A stretch of 64,000 nt of DNA from an uncultured delta proteobacterium (GCA_963699755.1 CAVOVB010000001.1:544001-608000); one strand, 5' to 3'. Shown: positions 39,543 through 51,812, counted from the stretch's first letter. The notes: generated by a model from the sequence alone, not told the origin. Made by a program: numbers and translations.

Positions 39543-40756
39543 GTAACCCCTCGAATCTCTTCTCCGTACGGAATTCGCGCGAGTAGCGCCTCCCGCATGC
39601 GCGCCCGTGTCGCGTCGTGGCTGACGCGGTCCACGATCGACTCCAAGAACGCATAGGTCAGCATCGCGCGAGCAAGATCTTCGGGGACGCCACGAGCGCG
39701 GAGATAGAAGAGCTGGCTGTCGTCGAGCGCGCCTACTGTAGCCCCGTGGCTGCAGATCACGTCGTCTGCGTCGATCTCGAGGTGCGGCTTCGTGTGAACG
39801 GTAGCCGTGTCGGAGAGAAGCAGGTTGCGATTCTCCTGATGCGCCTCCGTCTTTTGAGCATCGCGATGGACGATGACGACGCCGTCGAACACGGCGGTGC
39901 CCTTCCCCGAAACGATTCCGCGGTAGGTTTGCGTGCTCTGGCAGTGAGAGGCCTGATGCTCGACCAAGGTGTGATGGTCGACGTGGTCATCTCCCTCGAG
40001 CAGATATGCGCCGTCGAGCTGGCATTGCGCGCCCTTGCCTTGCAGCAGGCAGCGAACATCGAAGCGCAAGAGGGCGCCGCCCAAGGTGATCACGGTCGAG
40101 CGGTATCGGCTGTCGGCAGCCTGGCGGACGTCGACACGGCCGACCTGCAGGCCGGCGTTCTCGTGCACGCGAACGTGGCTCATCTTGGCATTGCGACCCA
40201 GGTCGACCTCGACCACCGCGTTGCTGAGCTGCCCCGACTCGGTCCCCGAGTAGGTTTCAATCAGAGTCAGCTCGGCGCCCTCACCCAAGGTGACGAGCAC
40301 CCGCGGGTAGACGACACCAGGCTCTCTGGACGTCGGAATCCTGTGGCTGATCTCGAGCGGCTCCGACGCAAGCGTATCGGGGGGAACGTCGATCCAAAGC
40401 CCGTCGCGGAACAGAGCTGTGTTGAGCGCAGCGAAGTGGCTGGGCACGCCTCCCAAGTCCAGCCGCGCTTGTAGAAGCTCGGGCTGTCCTTCGAGGACCT
40501 CGGCCAGATGGCGGACTGAGACCCCATCTGGAAGCGCCGAGACCAGCGACGGAACACCCCGGTCGTCGACGGAAAACTCGGTCTCGACGAGCGACCGCAC
40601 CGGCGTGAAGCGCCAAGCTTCGGTGCGTTTGGTCGGAAGGCCTTGCTCGCGAAGCGCATCGGCCGCACGCCCCCGAAGCACCCGCAACCAATCGGGTCCC
40701 GTATCGAAGGAGGAGGGAAGGCTCGCGAGCAGCGTCTGGCGGTTCGCGTCCGTCAC
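39539..40756 (-). CDS. sufD: Fe-S cluster assembly protein SufD
   Basis: EAWRFT, KPHLEIDADDVICSHGATVG, LFYLRARG. Confidence 0.93.
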   Translation of the reverse strand: MTDANRQTLLASLPSSFDTGPDWLRVLRGRAADALREQGLPTKRTEAWRFTPVRSLVETEFSVDDRGVPSLVSALPDGVSVRHLAEVLEGQPELLQARLDLGGVPSHFAALNTALFRDGLWIDVPPDTLASEPLEISHRIPTSREPGVVYPRVLVTLGEGAELTLIETYSGTESGQLSNAVVEVDLGRNAKMSHVRVHENAGLQVGRVDVRQAADSRYRSTVITLGGALLRFDVRCLLQGKGAQCQLDGAYLLEGDDHVDHHTLVEHQASHCQSTQTYRGIVSGKGTAVFDGVVIVHRDAQKTEAHQENRNLLLSDTATVHTKPHLEIDADDVICSHGATVGALDDSQLFYLRARGVPEDLARAMLTYAFLESIVDRVSHDATRARMREALLARIPYGEEIRGVT

Positions 40757-41504
40757 AGCCGAGATGCTTCCCGGACCTCGCTGTACCCCTCTTTCTCGAG
40801 ACGCTTGGCGAGGTCCTTGTCGCCGGTTCGAACGATCTGTCCGTCGATCAGCACATGCACGACATCTGGAACGATGTAGTCGAGCAGACGTTGGTAGTGC
40901 GTGATGACCAACATGGCCCGATCCGGAGCGCGCAGGCCATTTACCCCTTCGGCCACAACCTTGAGCGCATCGATGTCGAGACCGGAGTCCGTCTCATCGA
41001 GCACTGCGAGCGAGGGCTCTAGCATGGCCATCTGAAAGATTTCGTTGCGCTTCTTCTCGCCACCGCTGAACCCATCGTTGACCGAGCGCTTGGTGAGCTC
41101 GTCAGGGAGCTGAACCAGCGCCGCTTTCTTCTTCGCGAGCTTCATGAAATCGATCGCGTCCAGAGGAGCCTCCCCGCGGTGCTTTCGAATCGCGTTGAGC
41201 GCGGCCTTGAGGAAGTAGATGTTGCTCACACCTGGAATCGCGACCGGATATTGAAAGCCCAAGAAGACGCCCTCCGCGGCGCGTTGCTCTGGCGGCATCT
41301 CGAGTAGGTCTCGGCCTTTGTACGTCACGCGGCCTTTCGTGACTTCGTAGCCATCGCGGCCAGCAAGCACATATGCAAGCGTGCTCTTCCCAGAGCCATT
41401 CGGCCCCATGATCGCGTGCACTTGCCCTGCCTCGACCTCGAGATTGATCCCCTTGAGGATGGGCTTGCCATCTACCTCGACGTGCAGGTCCTCGATCTTC
41501 AACA

Positions 41505-41505
<1 letters not shown>
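40753..41505 (-). CDS. sufC: Fe-S cluster assembly ATPase SufC
   Basis: GPNGSGKST, FSGGEKKRNE, LDETDSGLD; start at ATG 41505. Confidence 0.96.
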
Positions 41506-42953
<1,448 letters not shown>

Positions 42954-42966
42954 GAGTCACTCCAAC

Positions 42967-43458
42967 TTAGCGGACATCGCTGCTCTGGGTGCCGGCGGCG
43001 CGCATCCGCTCAGCGTCTTTGCTCGAGCGGGCAATCGACACGAGCTCCGCCGCGCCGTGGAACGCCATGTCGGCCAGGCTGATAGAGGAAAGCGCGCGAT
43101 GAACCGCGAGGTTGATACGCTGCCAATTGGCCCGCACCCCGCAGTTTGTTTCGTACTCGCAAGAAGAGTGGGCGCTGTCGTCCGAGCACTCGGTCACCGC
43201 AATAGGGCCTTCGATCGCTTCGATGACTTCGTTGACGCCGATCTCCTCGGCAGGGCGAGCAAGCGCATAGCCACCCTTCGCTCCCCGCTGCGAAATCACG
43301 ACGCCAGCACGCGCCAGCTTCTTCAGGACCTTGCTCGCCGTCGGCTCCGGGATCTGGGTCTGCAAGGCCAAGTCGCGGGCTGCATGTGCCCCATCGGCCG
43401 CGGCCAGCTGCGTGGCCAGCATGACTCCGTAATCGGTCATTTTAGAAATTCGCAGCAT
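42967..43458 (-). CDS. Rrf2-family SUF-system regulator (IscR/SufR-like)
   Basis: SKMTDYG, RGAKGGYAL, three Cys (C-x8-C-x5-C); first gene of the suf operon. Confidence 0.9.
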   Translation of the reverse strand: MLRISKMTDYGVMLATQLAAADGAHAARDLALQTQIPEPTASKVLKKLARAGVVISQRGAKGGYALARPAEEIGVNEVIEAIEGPIAVTECSDDSAHSSCEYETNCGVRANWQRINLAVHRALSSISLADMAFHGAAELVSIARSSKDAERMRAAGTQSSDVR

Positions 43459-43470
43459 TTTCAGAGACTT

Positions 43471-43529
43471 ACATATCGGACTGCATCGGTCCCATATGTG
43501 GATCTAGAGTACGGCTGCCTGAGTGTCAA
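43471..43529 (-). promoter_or_regulatory. suf promoter with a palindromic operator
   Basis: TTGACA-N17-TAGATC at 43529-43501; ACATATcGGAC-N7-GTCCcATATGT inverted repeat at 43471-43499. Confidence 0.7.
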
Positions 43530-43538
43530 GGTAGGCCA

Positions 43539-44093
43539 ATGGCCAAGACCTTCGACGCGTTCAACGAGAAGCTCCGGGGCTTCATCGATCAGCAGAAGAT
43601 GTTCTTCGTGGCGACCGCACCGTTGACGGCAGACGGCCACGTCAACGTCTCGCCGAAAGGTCTCGCGGGAACCTTGGCCGTGCTCGACGACCGGACCATC
43701 GCGTATTTGGATTTCACCGGGAGCGGCGTCGAAACGATCGCGCACCTCCGCGAGAACGGCCGCATCTGCGTGATGTTCTGTGCATTTGAAGGCCCGCCGA
43801 GAATCGTCCGCGTGCACGGCGTCGGAGATGTCGTGGAGCCAAGCGAGGACGAGTTCGGAGGCTTGCGTCAGCAGTTCGAGGACTACCCTGGGGTTCGCTC
43901 GATCATTCGCGTTCGCGCAAGCCGCATCAGCGACTCCTGCGGCTACGGCGTACCCCTATACGACTACCGAGGCGAGCGCGATCAACTTCCGCGCTGGGCG
44001 CATAACAAGGGCGAGGTTGGTCTCGCCAACTACCAGCAGGAGAACAACGCCGAGAGCCTCGACGGACTACCGAGCCTGCTCGGGAACCATTAG
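43539..44093 (+). CDS. Pyridoxamine 5'-phosphate oxidase-like FMN-binding protein
   Basis: FFVATAP, NVSPKG, TGSGVETIAHLRENGR, SCGYGVP. Confidence 0.85.
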   Translation: MAKTFDAFNEKLRGFIDQQKMFFVATAPLTADGHVNVSPKGLAGTLAVLDDRTIAYLDFTGSGVETIAHLRENGRICVMFCAFEGPPRIVRVHGVGDVVEPSEDEFGGLRQQFEDYPGVRSIIRVRASRISDSCGYGVPLYDYRGERDQLPRWAHNKGEVGLANYQQENNAESLDGLPSLLGNH

Positions 44094-45002
44094 GATCGGC
44101 ATGGGAGAGACCCGAAGGCAACGCGCAGCCGTGCTTCCGACCAGCAATCGGCCGAGCACACCCTGCCGGTGCGTGCCAACGACCATGATGTCGGCCTGCA
44201 CCTCCTTGGCCGCTTTACACATCGCATGCGAGGCATAATCCGCTGAAACGACTTGATGAAGCTGGGCGCCAGGCGCGTGCTCGTCGATGTACGCCTCGAG
44301 TTTCTTACCGGCTTCGAGCTTGCTTTGGTCGCGCAAGACCTGGCGCCAGGTGCGCTCCTCGTCGGGCTTTTCCTCGCCCCCCGCGGGGATCACGACGTTG
44401 GCAATGTGTAGCTCGCCGTGCACGCGCGCAGCCGCGCGCTTCGCCCAGGTGACGGCAGCCAAAGACGATGCCGAGAAGTCGGTGCCGACGAACCAGGTGG
44501 CGCCCTCGAGAGCTTCGGGAATCGGACTGTCCCCGGTCGCGACGAAGACCGGGCGGTCGGCCGCGCGGATCACACGCTCGACGGTCGATCCGAGAACGAG
44601 CTCGTTGGTCCCTCTACTTTCGACCGATCGAGACCCGCTCGACCCATACGCGCCGATGATGATGAGGAACGAACCGCGTTCGCCCGCCAGCTCGGGAATG
44701 ATTCGCCAAGGACGTCCACGGACGACGAACGCTTCGCACTCGACGCCGGCCGCGAGGCAACGCCCCTGCTCTTTTCGAAGCTCGGCCTCGAGGGAGGCCT
44801 CGTAGATCGTGGCATCTTGCCTCGCTGCTTCGGTCGCCTCCTGAAGCTCCGGGGACTCGGGCCACCAAGAGTCCGCGTCGTCGAGAACGTGGACCAGGTC
44901 GATCCGCGCCCCAAAGGCTTTGGCCGCCGCAATCGCAAGATCAACGGTTCGGGGACCCGCCGAGGTCAGATCGTCTGCACAAAGGATGCTCGCTCCTGCC
45001 AT
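44067..45002 (-). CDS. Tandem universal stress protein
   Basis: Two Usp domains (LGSTVERVIR; VVGTH..G...LVGSTAARCL); start at ATG 45002. Confidence 0.88.
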   Translation of the reverse strand: MAGASILCADDLTSAGPRTVDLAIAAAKAFGARIDLVHVLDDADSWWPESPELQEATEAARQDATIYEASLEAELRKEQGRCLAAGVECEAFVVRGRPWRIIPELAGERGSFLIIIGAYGSSGSRSVESRGTNELVLGSTVERVIRAADRPVFVATGDSPIPEALEGATWFVGTDFSASSLAAVTWAKRAAARVHGELHIANVVIPAGGEEKPDEERTWRQVLRDQSKLEAGKKLEAYIDEHAPGAQLHQVVSADYASHAMCKAAKEVQADIMVVGTHRQGVLGRLLVGSTAARCLRVSPMPILMVPEQAR

Positions 45003-45064
45003 GGGCAAAGCATAGATCAACCCGTTGGAGGCGCACATGGTCAGCGCTAGGCTTGATGAAGCCG

Positions 45065-46270
45065 ATGGACCACGCGCCGATTTACATGGACCACCACGCA
45101 ACGACCCCCGTCGACGAGCGGGTCCTCGGGGCGATGCTTCCTTACTTCACCGAGCGGTTCGGCAACGCAGCCAGTCGAACCCACGCCCACGGCCGGGCAG
45201 CCCGGGACGCGACCGAGCACGGACGGGCGGAGCTTGCCGACCTGATCGGGGCCAAGCCCGAAGAGTTGATCTTCACCTCCGGCGCCACCGAAAGCGACAA
45301 TCTGGCGATCCGCGGAATGGCAGAGGCGCGCAAGGGCGACGGCAAACACATCGTCAGCGTCCGCACCGAGCACCGGGCCGTTCTCGACAGCTGCGCCGCC
45401 CTAGAACGAGAGGGTTGGCGCATCACACGGCTTGAAGTCGATGAAGAGGGACTCCTCTCGCCGGACGCGGTCTCCGAAGCGCTCACTGACCAGACCGTAT
45501 TGCTCAGCGTCATGCTTGCCAACAACGAAGTAGGCGTCGCGCAGCGACTCGCGGAAATCGGCGCGATCGCGCGGGAGCGCGGTGTCACATTTCATTGCGA
45601 CGCCGCACAGGGCCTCGGCTACTTGCCTTTCTCGATCGAAGGGATGTCGATCGACTTGGCGAGCTTCTCTGCGCACAAGATGTACGGTCCTAAAGGCGTG
45701 GGCGCGCTCTACGTCCGGAAGGCGTTCCAGACGCGTGGAATGCCGTTGGCGCAGATGCACGGGGGCGGTCACGAGCGCGGGCTTCGTTCCGGCACCCTCA
45801 ATGTGCCCGGCATCGTGGGCTTTGGCGCTGCGGCGGCGATCATGAAGAACGAGGGCAAGGCCGAGGCGGCGCGGATCGAGTCCCTTCGGGACGGCTTGCA
45901 GGATCGGCTCCTCGATTCCCTCGAGGAGGTTCGCCTGAACGGCGCGGCGGGAGCGCGGCATCCAGGAAACCTCAATCTGTCGTTCGGCTACGTAGACGGT
46001 GCGCGTCTGCTCCTCGAGCTCAGCAAAATCGTGTCCGTCTCCACCGGGTCGGCCTGCAGCAGCGCGACCAAAGGCCCGAGCTATGTGCTCGAAGCAATGG
46101 GCGTTCCGAAGGCCTGGAGTGCCGCCTCGGTGCGCTTTGGCCTTGGGCGCCACACGACTGCAGACGAGGTCCAAACCGTTGCCGGTGCCGTGATCGAGAC
46201 CGTAGGCCGGCTCAGGGAGCGCTCCCCGCTCTGGGCGCGGAAGGCGAGTGGAAAGCCCGTCGACTGGTGA
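45065..46270 (+). CDS. iscS: Cysteine desulfurase (IscS-type)
   Basis: YMDHHATTP, FTSGATESDN, SAHKMYGPKG, STGSACSS. Start could be 45056 or 45065. Confidence 0.9.
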   Translation: MDHAPIYMDHHATTPVDERVLGAMLPYFTERFGNAASRTHAHGRAARDATEHGRAELADLIGAKPEELIFTSGATESDNLAIRGMAEARKGDGKHIVSVRTEHRAVLDSCAALEREGWRITRLEVDEEGLLSPDAVSEALTDQTVLLSVMLANNEVGVAQRLAEIGAIARERGVTFHCDAAQGLGYLPFSIEGMSIDLASFSAHKMYGPKGVGALYVRKAFQTRGMPLAQMHGGGHERGLRSGTLNVPGIVGFGAAAAIMKNEGKAEAARIESLRDGLQDRLLDSLEEVRLNGAAGARHPGNLNLSFGYVDGARLLLELSKIVSVSTGSACSSATKGPSYVLEAMGVPKAWSAASVRFGLGRHTTADEVQTVAGAVIETVGRLRERSPLWARKASGKPVDW

Positions 46271-46320
46271 CGGAGCGTTGATGCTGGCGAAACCCGGCCT
46301 CCCGCCTTACATAGAGAGAG

Positions 46321-46665
46321 ATGAGCGAAGCGAAGGGCATCACATTGACACCCAAGGCCGTTCAAATGGCCAAACAGAAGGTGGCGGACGCCGGCGAGCC
46401 CGTCGAAGGCTTGCGACTCGGCGTCAAAGGCGGCGGCTGCTCTGGGTATTATTACGTGTACGACTTCGCCAAGAAGATTCGCCCCAACAAGGACCTGGTG
46501 TTCGAGTTCGACGGCCTCAAAGTAATCGTCGACGACCGGAGCATCGAGTTCCTCGCAGGCGCAGTGCTCGACTGGGAGTCCGGCTTGATGAGCTACGGCT
46601 TCAAATGGAAGAACCCGAACGCCACAGGTGACTGCGGCTGCGGCGAGTCTTTTGAAGTCAGCTAG
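46321..46665 (+). CDS. iscA: A-type Fe-S carrier (IscA/HesB)
   Basis: GVKGGGCSG, NPNA..DCGCGESF. Confidence 0.92.
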   Translation: MSEAKGITLTPKAVQMAKQKVADAGEPVEGLRLGVKGGGCSGYYYVYDFAKKIRPNKDLVFEFDGLKVIVDDRSIEFLAGAVLDWESGLMSYGFKWKNPNATGDCGCGESFEVS

Positions 46666-47882
46666 AAACCCTCTTCGAGCGGCACTGGGATTGGATTGGG
46701 GAGGTCGGCGTAGGGCCGGAGGTCCTCAGCGCTGCAATCTCCGGGAAGCGCCGCGGGCGAGCTCAGCTCGACCGAGCGACAGCAACGGCCGAACGCAGGC
46801 TGGGCGCCGCCACTCGCCTCTGCGCAGGGCTCGGGAAGGGGGAGCTCGACCGGGGCAACTCGGTCGGCGATGCGCGCCCGAATTCCCTGGAAGCTGAACG
46901 CGATGCCGATTGCAGTGCAATCGTCATCCGGGCTCCCGACGGTTGGATCCGCGCGGAGATCCAGATTGTCGGTGAGCAGGCCAAGGACGCTCCCTTGGAG
47001 AGTTTCGTCACAAATGCCAAGTGGCCCTAGGGCGCCAACCAGCTTGCCGGCCGGGAAACGGCCTGCGATCAGGCCCTTGTCCAGGGTTTGTCCGTCGTCA
47101 CTGATATCCGCGACCACGAAGCCGTTGAGCGCAATGGAGAAACTGCCGGGGCCGGTCAGAAACACGAACGTCGAGCCCGCATCCAAGGGAAACACGATGC
47201 GACCGTTGCTGACATAGGCGTCGGTCTGCCAAACCACCGAACGGTCGAGGTCTCCCGTAATCAGGGTGGACGGATCGACGAAAAAGTAGTCGTCGCCATC
47301 CCAGGCTGGGTTGGGAGCCTCTCCCGCGGAGCCAGGCAGCATCAGACTGGAACCGTCGCTCCCCCCCCACTCCAATTCGGAAACATCGTCGAGGGAAGTT
47401 CCATCGACGGCGGAGAAGGTGGACATGTCGACCTTCGCGTCGTTCGGGGTACCGTTCCATCCGCGCAGCCGGAGAAGGACGGTCCCACGACCGAGCCCCT
47501 GGTGCAGGGCAATGTTGTCCTCGAGGCAGGCGAGCAAGCTCACGACCGTGGGTAGAACGTACTGACCGAACGCGTTGTCGATCCCCTTTTCCCCGTCGAG
47601 CGGAGGGCTCCCGTTGGCCGCAACACATTCAGCGGCGTCCACGATCGTCGTCGTATTCATCCCATCCAAGTCGAGCCCAAAGCGGCGCCAACGATCGCCC
47701 GATTGATCGAGCGAAACGTTGCGGAAGGCAAAGACTGCTTCGACATCGTCGGCCTCGCTGCTCGTGGAAGAAGGAGGCCTGTCCGGAACCCCGGCGAGTC
47801 CCTTCTCGACCAGCTGGGCGTCGTAGACGCTACAGGCGGTGGCAAACAGCAGAAGCAGCGGGAGATGGAGAGGAGTCTTCAT
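46662..47882 (-). CDS. Cys-rich hypothetical lipoprotein
   Basis: Lipobox FATA-C; GLDLDG, DGEKGIDNAFG; start at ATG 47882. Confidence 0.75.
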   Translation of the reverse strand: MKTPLHLPLLLLFATACSVYDAQLVEKGLAGVPDRPPSSTSSEADDVEAVFAFRNVSLDQSGDRWRRFGLDLDGMNTTTIVDAAECVAANGSPPLDGEKGIDNAFGQYVLPTVVSLLACLEDNIALHQGLGRGTVLLRLRGWNGTPNDAKVDMSTFSAVDGTSLDDVSELEWGGSDGSSLMLPGSAGEAPNPAWDGDDYFFVDPSTLITGDLDRSVVWQTDAYVSNGRIVFPLDAGSTFVFLTGPGSFSIALNGFVVADISDDGQTLDKGLIAGRFPAGKLVGALGPLGICDETLQGSVLGLLTDNLDLRADPTVGSPDDDCTAIGIAFSFQGIRARIADRVAPVELPLPEPCAEASGGAQPAFGRCCRSVELSSPAALPGDCSAEDLRPYADLPNPIPVPLEEGF

Positions 47883-48010
47883 GGGTCCACGCCCAATCCA
47901 GGGCGCCAAAAATATGATTACAACATAATGTCACAGTGAAAGAAGAGCCGGCAAGACTGAGAGATACCTCACGAATACTCGGCTGAGACAGGTCCGGAGC
48001 TCGAGTCCGG

Positions 48011-48973
48011 CTAGGGGTCGACCGGGGCATCGGATGCCGGACGGCGCGACCAGACCGCGGCCAGCGCGCTTCCGATGATGCAATGGGTGACCGCGGAGAT
48101 CGCGCTTGGAATGGCGGTGAGCGGGTTGGCGAAGTGAGCCTGCGCCAGCACCGCGGCCAAGCCCGAGTTTTGCATGCCGACTTCGATCGAGGTCGTGCGT
48201 GCGACGCTCCCAAAGCCTCCACTCAGACCTCCGAACAGGTAGCCCAAAAAGAAGCCCAAGGCGTGGGCGGTGACCACGGCGCCGAGCAACTGCAGGCCGG
48301 ATTCGAGCACCGCGTCTTTGCGTGCACCGAGGATGGCCGAAACGATCAAGACGATCATGAGCACCGCCGCGGCGGGCGCGACCGGGAGCAGCTTCTCGGT
48401 GAGCTTTCGCAAATAGCGGCGCATGAAGAGCCCAACTGCAACCGGCAGCAGGACCACCTTCGCCGTGCTGAGGAAGAGGGCCCAGCCATCGACCTCGACG
48501 CGACTGCCCACGATCCACGTCGTGAGCAGGGGCGTGCACGCTGCTGCAAGCATCGTCGAGAACGCGGTCATCGAAACCGAGAGCGCTACATCCGCCTTCG
48601 CCAAGTAGGCGATCACGTTGGACGCGGTTCCACCCGGACAGCAACACACGAGCACCAGGCCAACCGCAAATGCCGGCGGCAGTTGAAACAGGCAACCCAC
48701 GCCCCAGCCGAGCGAGGGCATGACGGTGTACTGCAGGAGCACTCCCCAGAGAATCGGTGCCGGAGCACGAAAAATGCGGGAAAAATCGGAGAGCTCGAGA
48801 GTGAGCCCCATCCCAAGCATGATGACCTGGAGCCCTGGGCTGATGAGTCCATACTCGAGGAACCACTCGAACGCCGGCGGGTAGACGAGCGCGAAGACCG
48901 CACCGAGGGTGACCCAAAGGGGAAAGAGCCGAACGAACGCAGCCACGATCTCGCGATGTAGCACAGCGCGCAT
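48011..48973 (-). CDS. Bile acid:sodium symporter family protein
   Basis: MLGMGLTL, CCPGGTASNV, SIEVGMQNSGL. Start uncertain. Confidence 0.9.
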   Translation of the reverse strand: MRAVLHREIVAAFVRLFPLWVTLGAVFALVYPPAFEWFLEYGLISPGLQVIMLGMGLTLELSDFSRIFRAPAPILWGVLLQYTVMPSLGWGVGCLFQLPPAFAVGLVLVCCCPGGTASNVIAYLAKADVALSVSMTAFSTMLAAACTPLLTTWIVGSRVEVDGWALFLSTAKVVLLPVAVGLFMRRYLRKLTEKLLPVAPAAAVLMIVLIVSAILGARKDAVLESGLQLLGAVVTAHALGFFLGYLFGGLSGGFGSVARTTSIEVGMQNSGLAAVLAQAHFANPLTAIPSAISAVTHCIIGSALAAVWSRRPASDAPVDP

Positions 48974-49027
48974 CCTGCCGGGCCACGCGAGACGTGGACG
49001 CGCTTCCATGCTAGAAGTCCGGCTCTC

Positions 49028-50095
49028 ATGTTCCGCCCACCCACCGACGATGTTCGGATCGAAGGTCTTCGCCCGCTGATCCCACCTGCCATCTTGATGG
49101 AGGAAATACACCCAGGCGACGAAGCCATTGCTCGGATTGCAAAGGCACGACGGGAGATCAGCGACATCGTGCACGGCAAGGACGACCGGCTGCTGCTCGT
49201 CGTCGGTCCTTGCTCGATTCACGACTCGGACGCGGCGCTCGAGTATGCCGAGCGGCTCAATGTGCTGCGCGAGCAGCACGCCCAGGACCTGCTCATCGTG
49301 ATGCGCACCTATTTCGAGAAGCCACGCACCACGGTCGGATGGAAAGGGCTGATCAACGATCCCAACCTCGACGGAAGCTTCGACATCAATCGCGGCCTGC
49401 GCGTGGCGCGTGGTTTTCTAAGCGCGCTCGCAGAGATGGGGCTGCCAACCGGAACCGAGTTCCTCGATCCGATTTCGCCCCAGTTCGTCGCGGACCTCGT
49501 GTCCTGGGGAGCGATTGGCGCGCGAACCACCGAGAGCCAGGTACATCGCGAGCTGGCGAGCGGCTTGTCGATGCCGGTGGGCTTCAAGAATGGGACGCGA
49601 GGGACGGTTCTCATCGCGGTCGAAGCCGTGAAGGCCGCCCGCAACCCACATCATTTCCTTTCCGTCACCAAGCAAGGCCTGACGGCCATCGTCGCGACGA
49701 AGGGCAATTTGGATTGCCACGTCATCCTGCGAGGCGGCGGCGGCAAGCCGAACTACCAGCCCGAGCACATCGCATCCACGGTAGAGATGCTCGAGGCGGC
49801 CGGGCTCGAGGGTCGACTCATGGTGGACTGTAGTCACGCCAACAGCCAGAAGGATCACGAAAAGCAGGTCGGCGTCGCGATGGCAATCGGCCAGCAAGTC
49901 GCGCAAGGCAGTCGCGGGGTATTCGGTGTGATGCTGGAGAGCTTTCTGGTCAGCGGCCGTCAGGACATCAAGCCCGGCACCGAGCTCACCTACGGGCAAA
50001 GCATCACCGACGCCTGCATGAGCTGGGATGCCACCGTGCCAGTCATCGAGGGCCTCGCCGATTCCGCGCGAAAGCGCCGCAACGCGGGGGGCTAA
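49028..50095 (+). CDS. aroG: 3-deoxy-7-phosphoheptulonate (DAHP) synthase, class I alpha
   Basis: GPCSIHD, EKPRTTVGWKG, IGARTTESQ, DCSHANS, SITDAC. Isozyme specificity cannot be determined. Confidence 0.93.
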   Translation: MFRPPTDDVRIEGLRPLIPPAILMEEIHPGDEAIARIAKARREISDIVHGKDDRLLLVVGPCSIHDSDAALEYAERLNVLREQHAQDLLIVMRTYFEKPRTTVGWKGLINDPNLDGSFDINRGLRVARGFLSALAEMGLPTGTEFLDPISPQFVADLVSWGAIGARTTESQVHRELASGLSMPVGFKNGTRGTVLIAVEAVKAARNPHHFLSVTKQGLTAIVATKGNLDCHVILRGGGGKPNYQPEHIASTVEMLEAAGLEGRLMVDCSHANSQKDHEKQVGVAMAIGQQVAQGSRGVFGVMLESFLVSGRQDIKPGTELTYGQSITDACMSWDATVPVIEGLADSARKRRNAGG

Positions 50096-50108
50096 GAGGC
50101 CCGGGGCT

Positions 50109-50660
50109 CTAGAACCCCTCGGGTACGGGTACGGAAATCCGGACGGCGCCGGAGAGCGAATCGAAGCGTGCTGCTTCGAGGGCCTTCTCGGGAGCGTCGC
50201 AGGCGTCGAGGCGGGCCTTGCCCGCGAGCCATTGGCTTGGACAACAGAAATCAGGCGCGATCGAGCTCGGTTGCGTCGTTTTTGGGCGAGCTCAGGATGT
50301 CCGCGAACTGGTCGATGAGGGACTCCATCAGCTCGCATCGAAGCTGCAGAGGCCCACCTTCGGCGTGATGTCGGTGAGTCTTTCGAGGGTCAACCGACCG
50401 GCGAAAAGACCGTGATGGAGCTGTATATGTCTTCGCTACTGGTGCGTCGACCGAGTTGGTGAGCGCGACCGTGACGCTCGCATCGGTGCCGGTCCCGTTC
50501 CAAACTCGAACCCAAAGAAGGACCGCGCCGATCCCGCGCCCTTGCCTCAACGCCAGGTTGTCTTCGAGGCAGGGCAGAGCGACAGTCGTCGTAGGGAGAA
50601 GATGTTTACCAATCGCGTTGCTGAGCGCGCGCACTTCGTCGCAGCTGCTGCCCGCTACGA
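50109..50660 (-). pseudogene. Deleted paralog of the 46662-47882 lipoprotein
   Basis: NAIGKHLLPT..VALPCLEDNLALRQGRGIGAVLLWVRVWNGT versus NAFGQYVLPTVVSLLACLEDNIALHQGLGRGTVLLRLRGWNGT; ends VPVPEGF* versus VPLEEGF*. Confidence 0.75.
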
Positions 50661-50695
50661 CAGGGTAGCGAGCCAGGCATGGAGGCAAAAAAACC

Positions 50696-51697
50696 CTAGG
50701 CCGAAGGCGCCATCGTGCGAATGAACATCTCCACCATCTCCCAGGGGAGATTCGACGGGAGATTGAGGATCGGAAGGTCGATTCCGTACTCGCGGCGGCG
50801 TTTCAGCTCCAAAATGCAGTATTGGGGGTCGCCCGCAATGCTGAGCGCTTCGATCATCTCGTCGGAGACGGCATCGGCTGCCTGCGAGCGGGTCTTCTTG
50901 TCTCGGTAGAGCTCCTCGACCCGCTTGCACTCGTCGGCGTATCCAAAGCCACTGAGAAGCTCCTTGTAGTAGTCGCCCATGCCGCCGATGTAGAAGGAAA
51001 TGATCTGGCGGGCCTCACGAACCCCTGCATCGCCGAGAGGGATGACCGTCGTGAACGGCGCCGTGACGATCTCGCTCGGGTCACGGCCCGACTTAGCGGC
51101 GCCTTCGGCGATCCAGGCGTGCCCTTGGTCGAGCTTGGTATAGGGCCAGAACGTGGGAATCCAGCCATCGGCGAGCTCACCGATCGAAGTGATCGATTTC
51201 TGTTTGAGCGCGGCCACGTAGATCGGTACCTCGGCGCGCAGTGGTTTCATCGCCAGCTCAAATGGGCGGTAGTCGTGAAGCTTCGCGCCGCTTTCGGTGA
51301 GTTTCTTGCCCGCTAGCAAGGTCTTGGTCACCCGAATCACATCGCGCAGCTGCGTGAGTGGCTGTTTGAACTCGCGTGCGTGAAAGCCTTCGATGACCCG
51401 CTTCCCGCTGGTCCCCATGCCGAGGATGAGCCGGCCTTCGCTAATCTCGTCGACCGTTGCGGCGTTCATCGCCATGAGACCCGGCGACCGGCTGAAGCAA
51501 TTGACGATGGCGGTGCCGATCTTGATCTGCTTGGTGTGTACCGCTATCTCGGTCAGCAGGGAGAAGATCTCGTATCCCCAGGCCTCGGGAATCCAAAACG
51601 AATCGTAACCGAGCTCCTCCGCGAGAACGGCAGCTTTGAGGTAGAGCTTGCGGTCGTAGTTTTTCCAAAATGGGAGAAGCCCGGTTGGTTCGGTCAT
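50696..51697 (-). CDS. LLM-class flavin/F420-dependent oxidoreductase
   Basis: [31 protein letters not shown]; start at ATG 51697. Confidence 0.88.
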   Translation of the reverse strand: MTEPTGLLPFWKNYDRKLYLKAAVLAEELGYDSFWIPEAWGYEIFSLLTEIAVHTKQIKIGTAIVNCFSRSPGLMAMNAATVDEISEGRLILGMGTSGKRVIEGFHAREFKQPLTQLRDVIRVTKTLLAGKKLTESGAKLHDYRPFELAMKPLRAEVPIYVAALKQKSITSIGELADGWIPTFWPYTKLDQGHAWIAEGAAKSGRDPSEIVTAPFTTVIPLGDAGVREARQIISFYIGGMGDYYKELLSGFGYADECKRVEELYRDKKTRSQAADAVSDEMIEALSIAGDPQYCILELKRRREYGIDLPILNLPSNLPWEMVEMFIRTMAPSA

Positions 51698-51812
51698 CGA
51701 TTGCCTCCGGAGCTCGGAGTAGACCGTTTGAGATGCGGATTCAAGAGCCCGCTGCCCTTGACAGTCTCCTCCGATCCATGCCACGAGCCTCCCTTCGCAG
51801 GAGCCCACAGGC

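Noticed and set aside
47905..47940. AT-rich patch with TATG-N7-CATA upstream of the lipoprotein
   Set aside because: Probably promoter DNA, but the symmetry is too short to call an operator.
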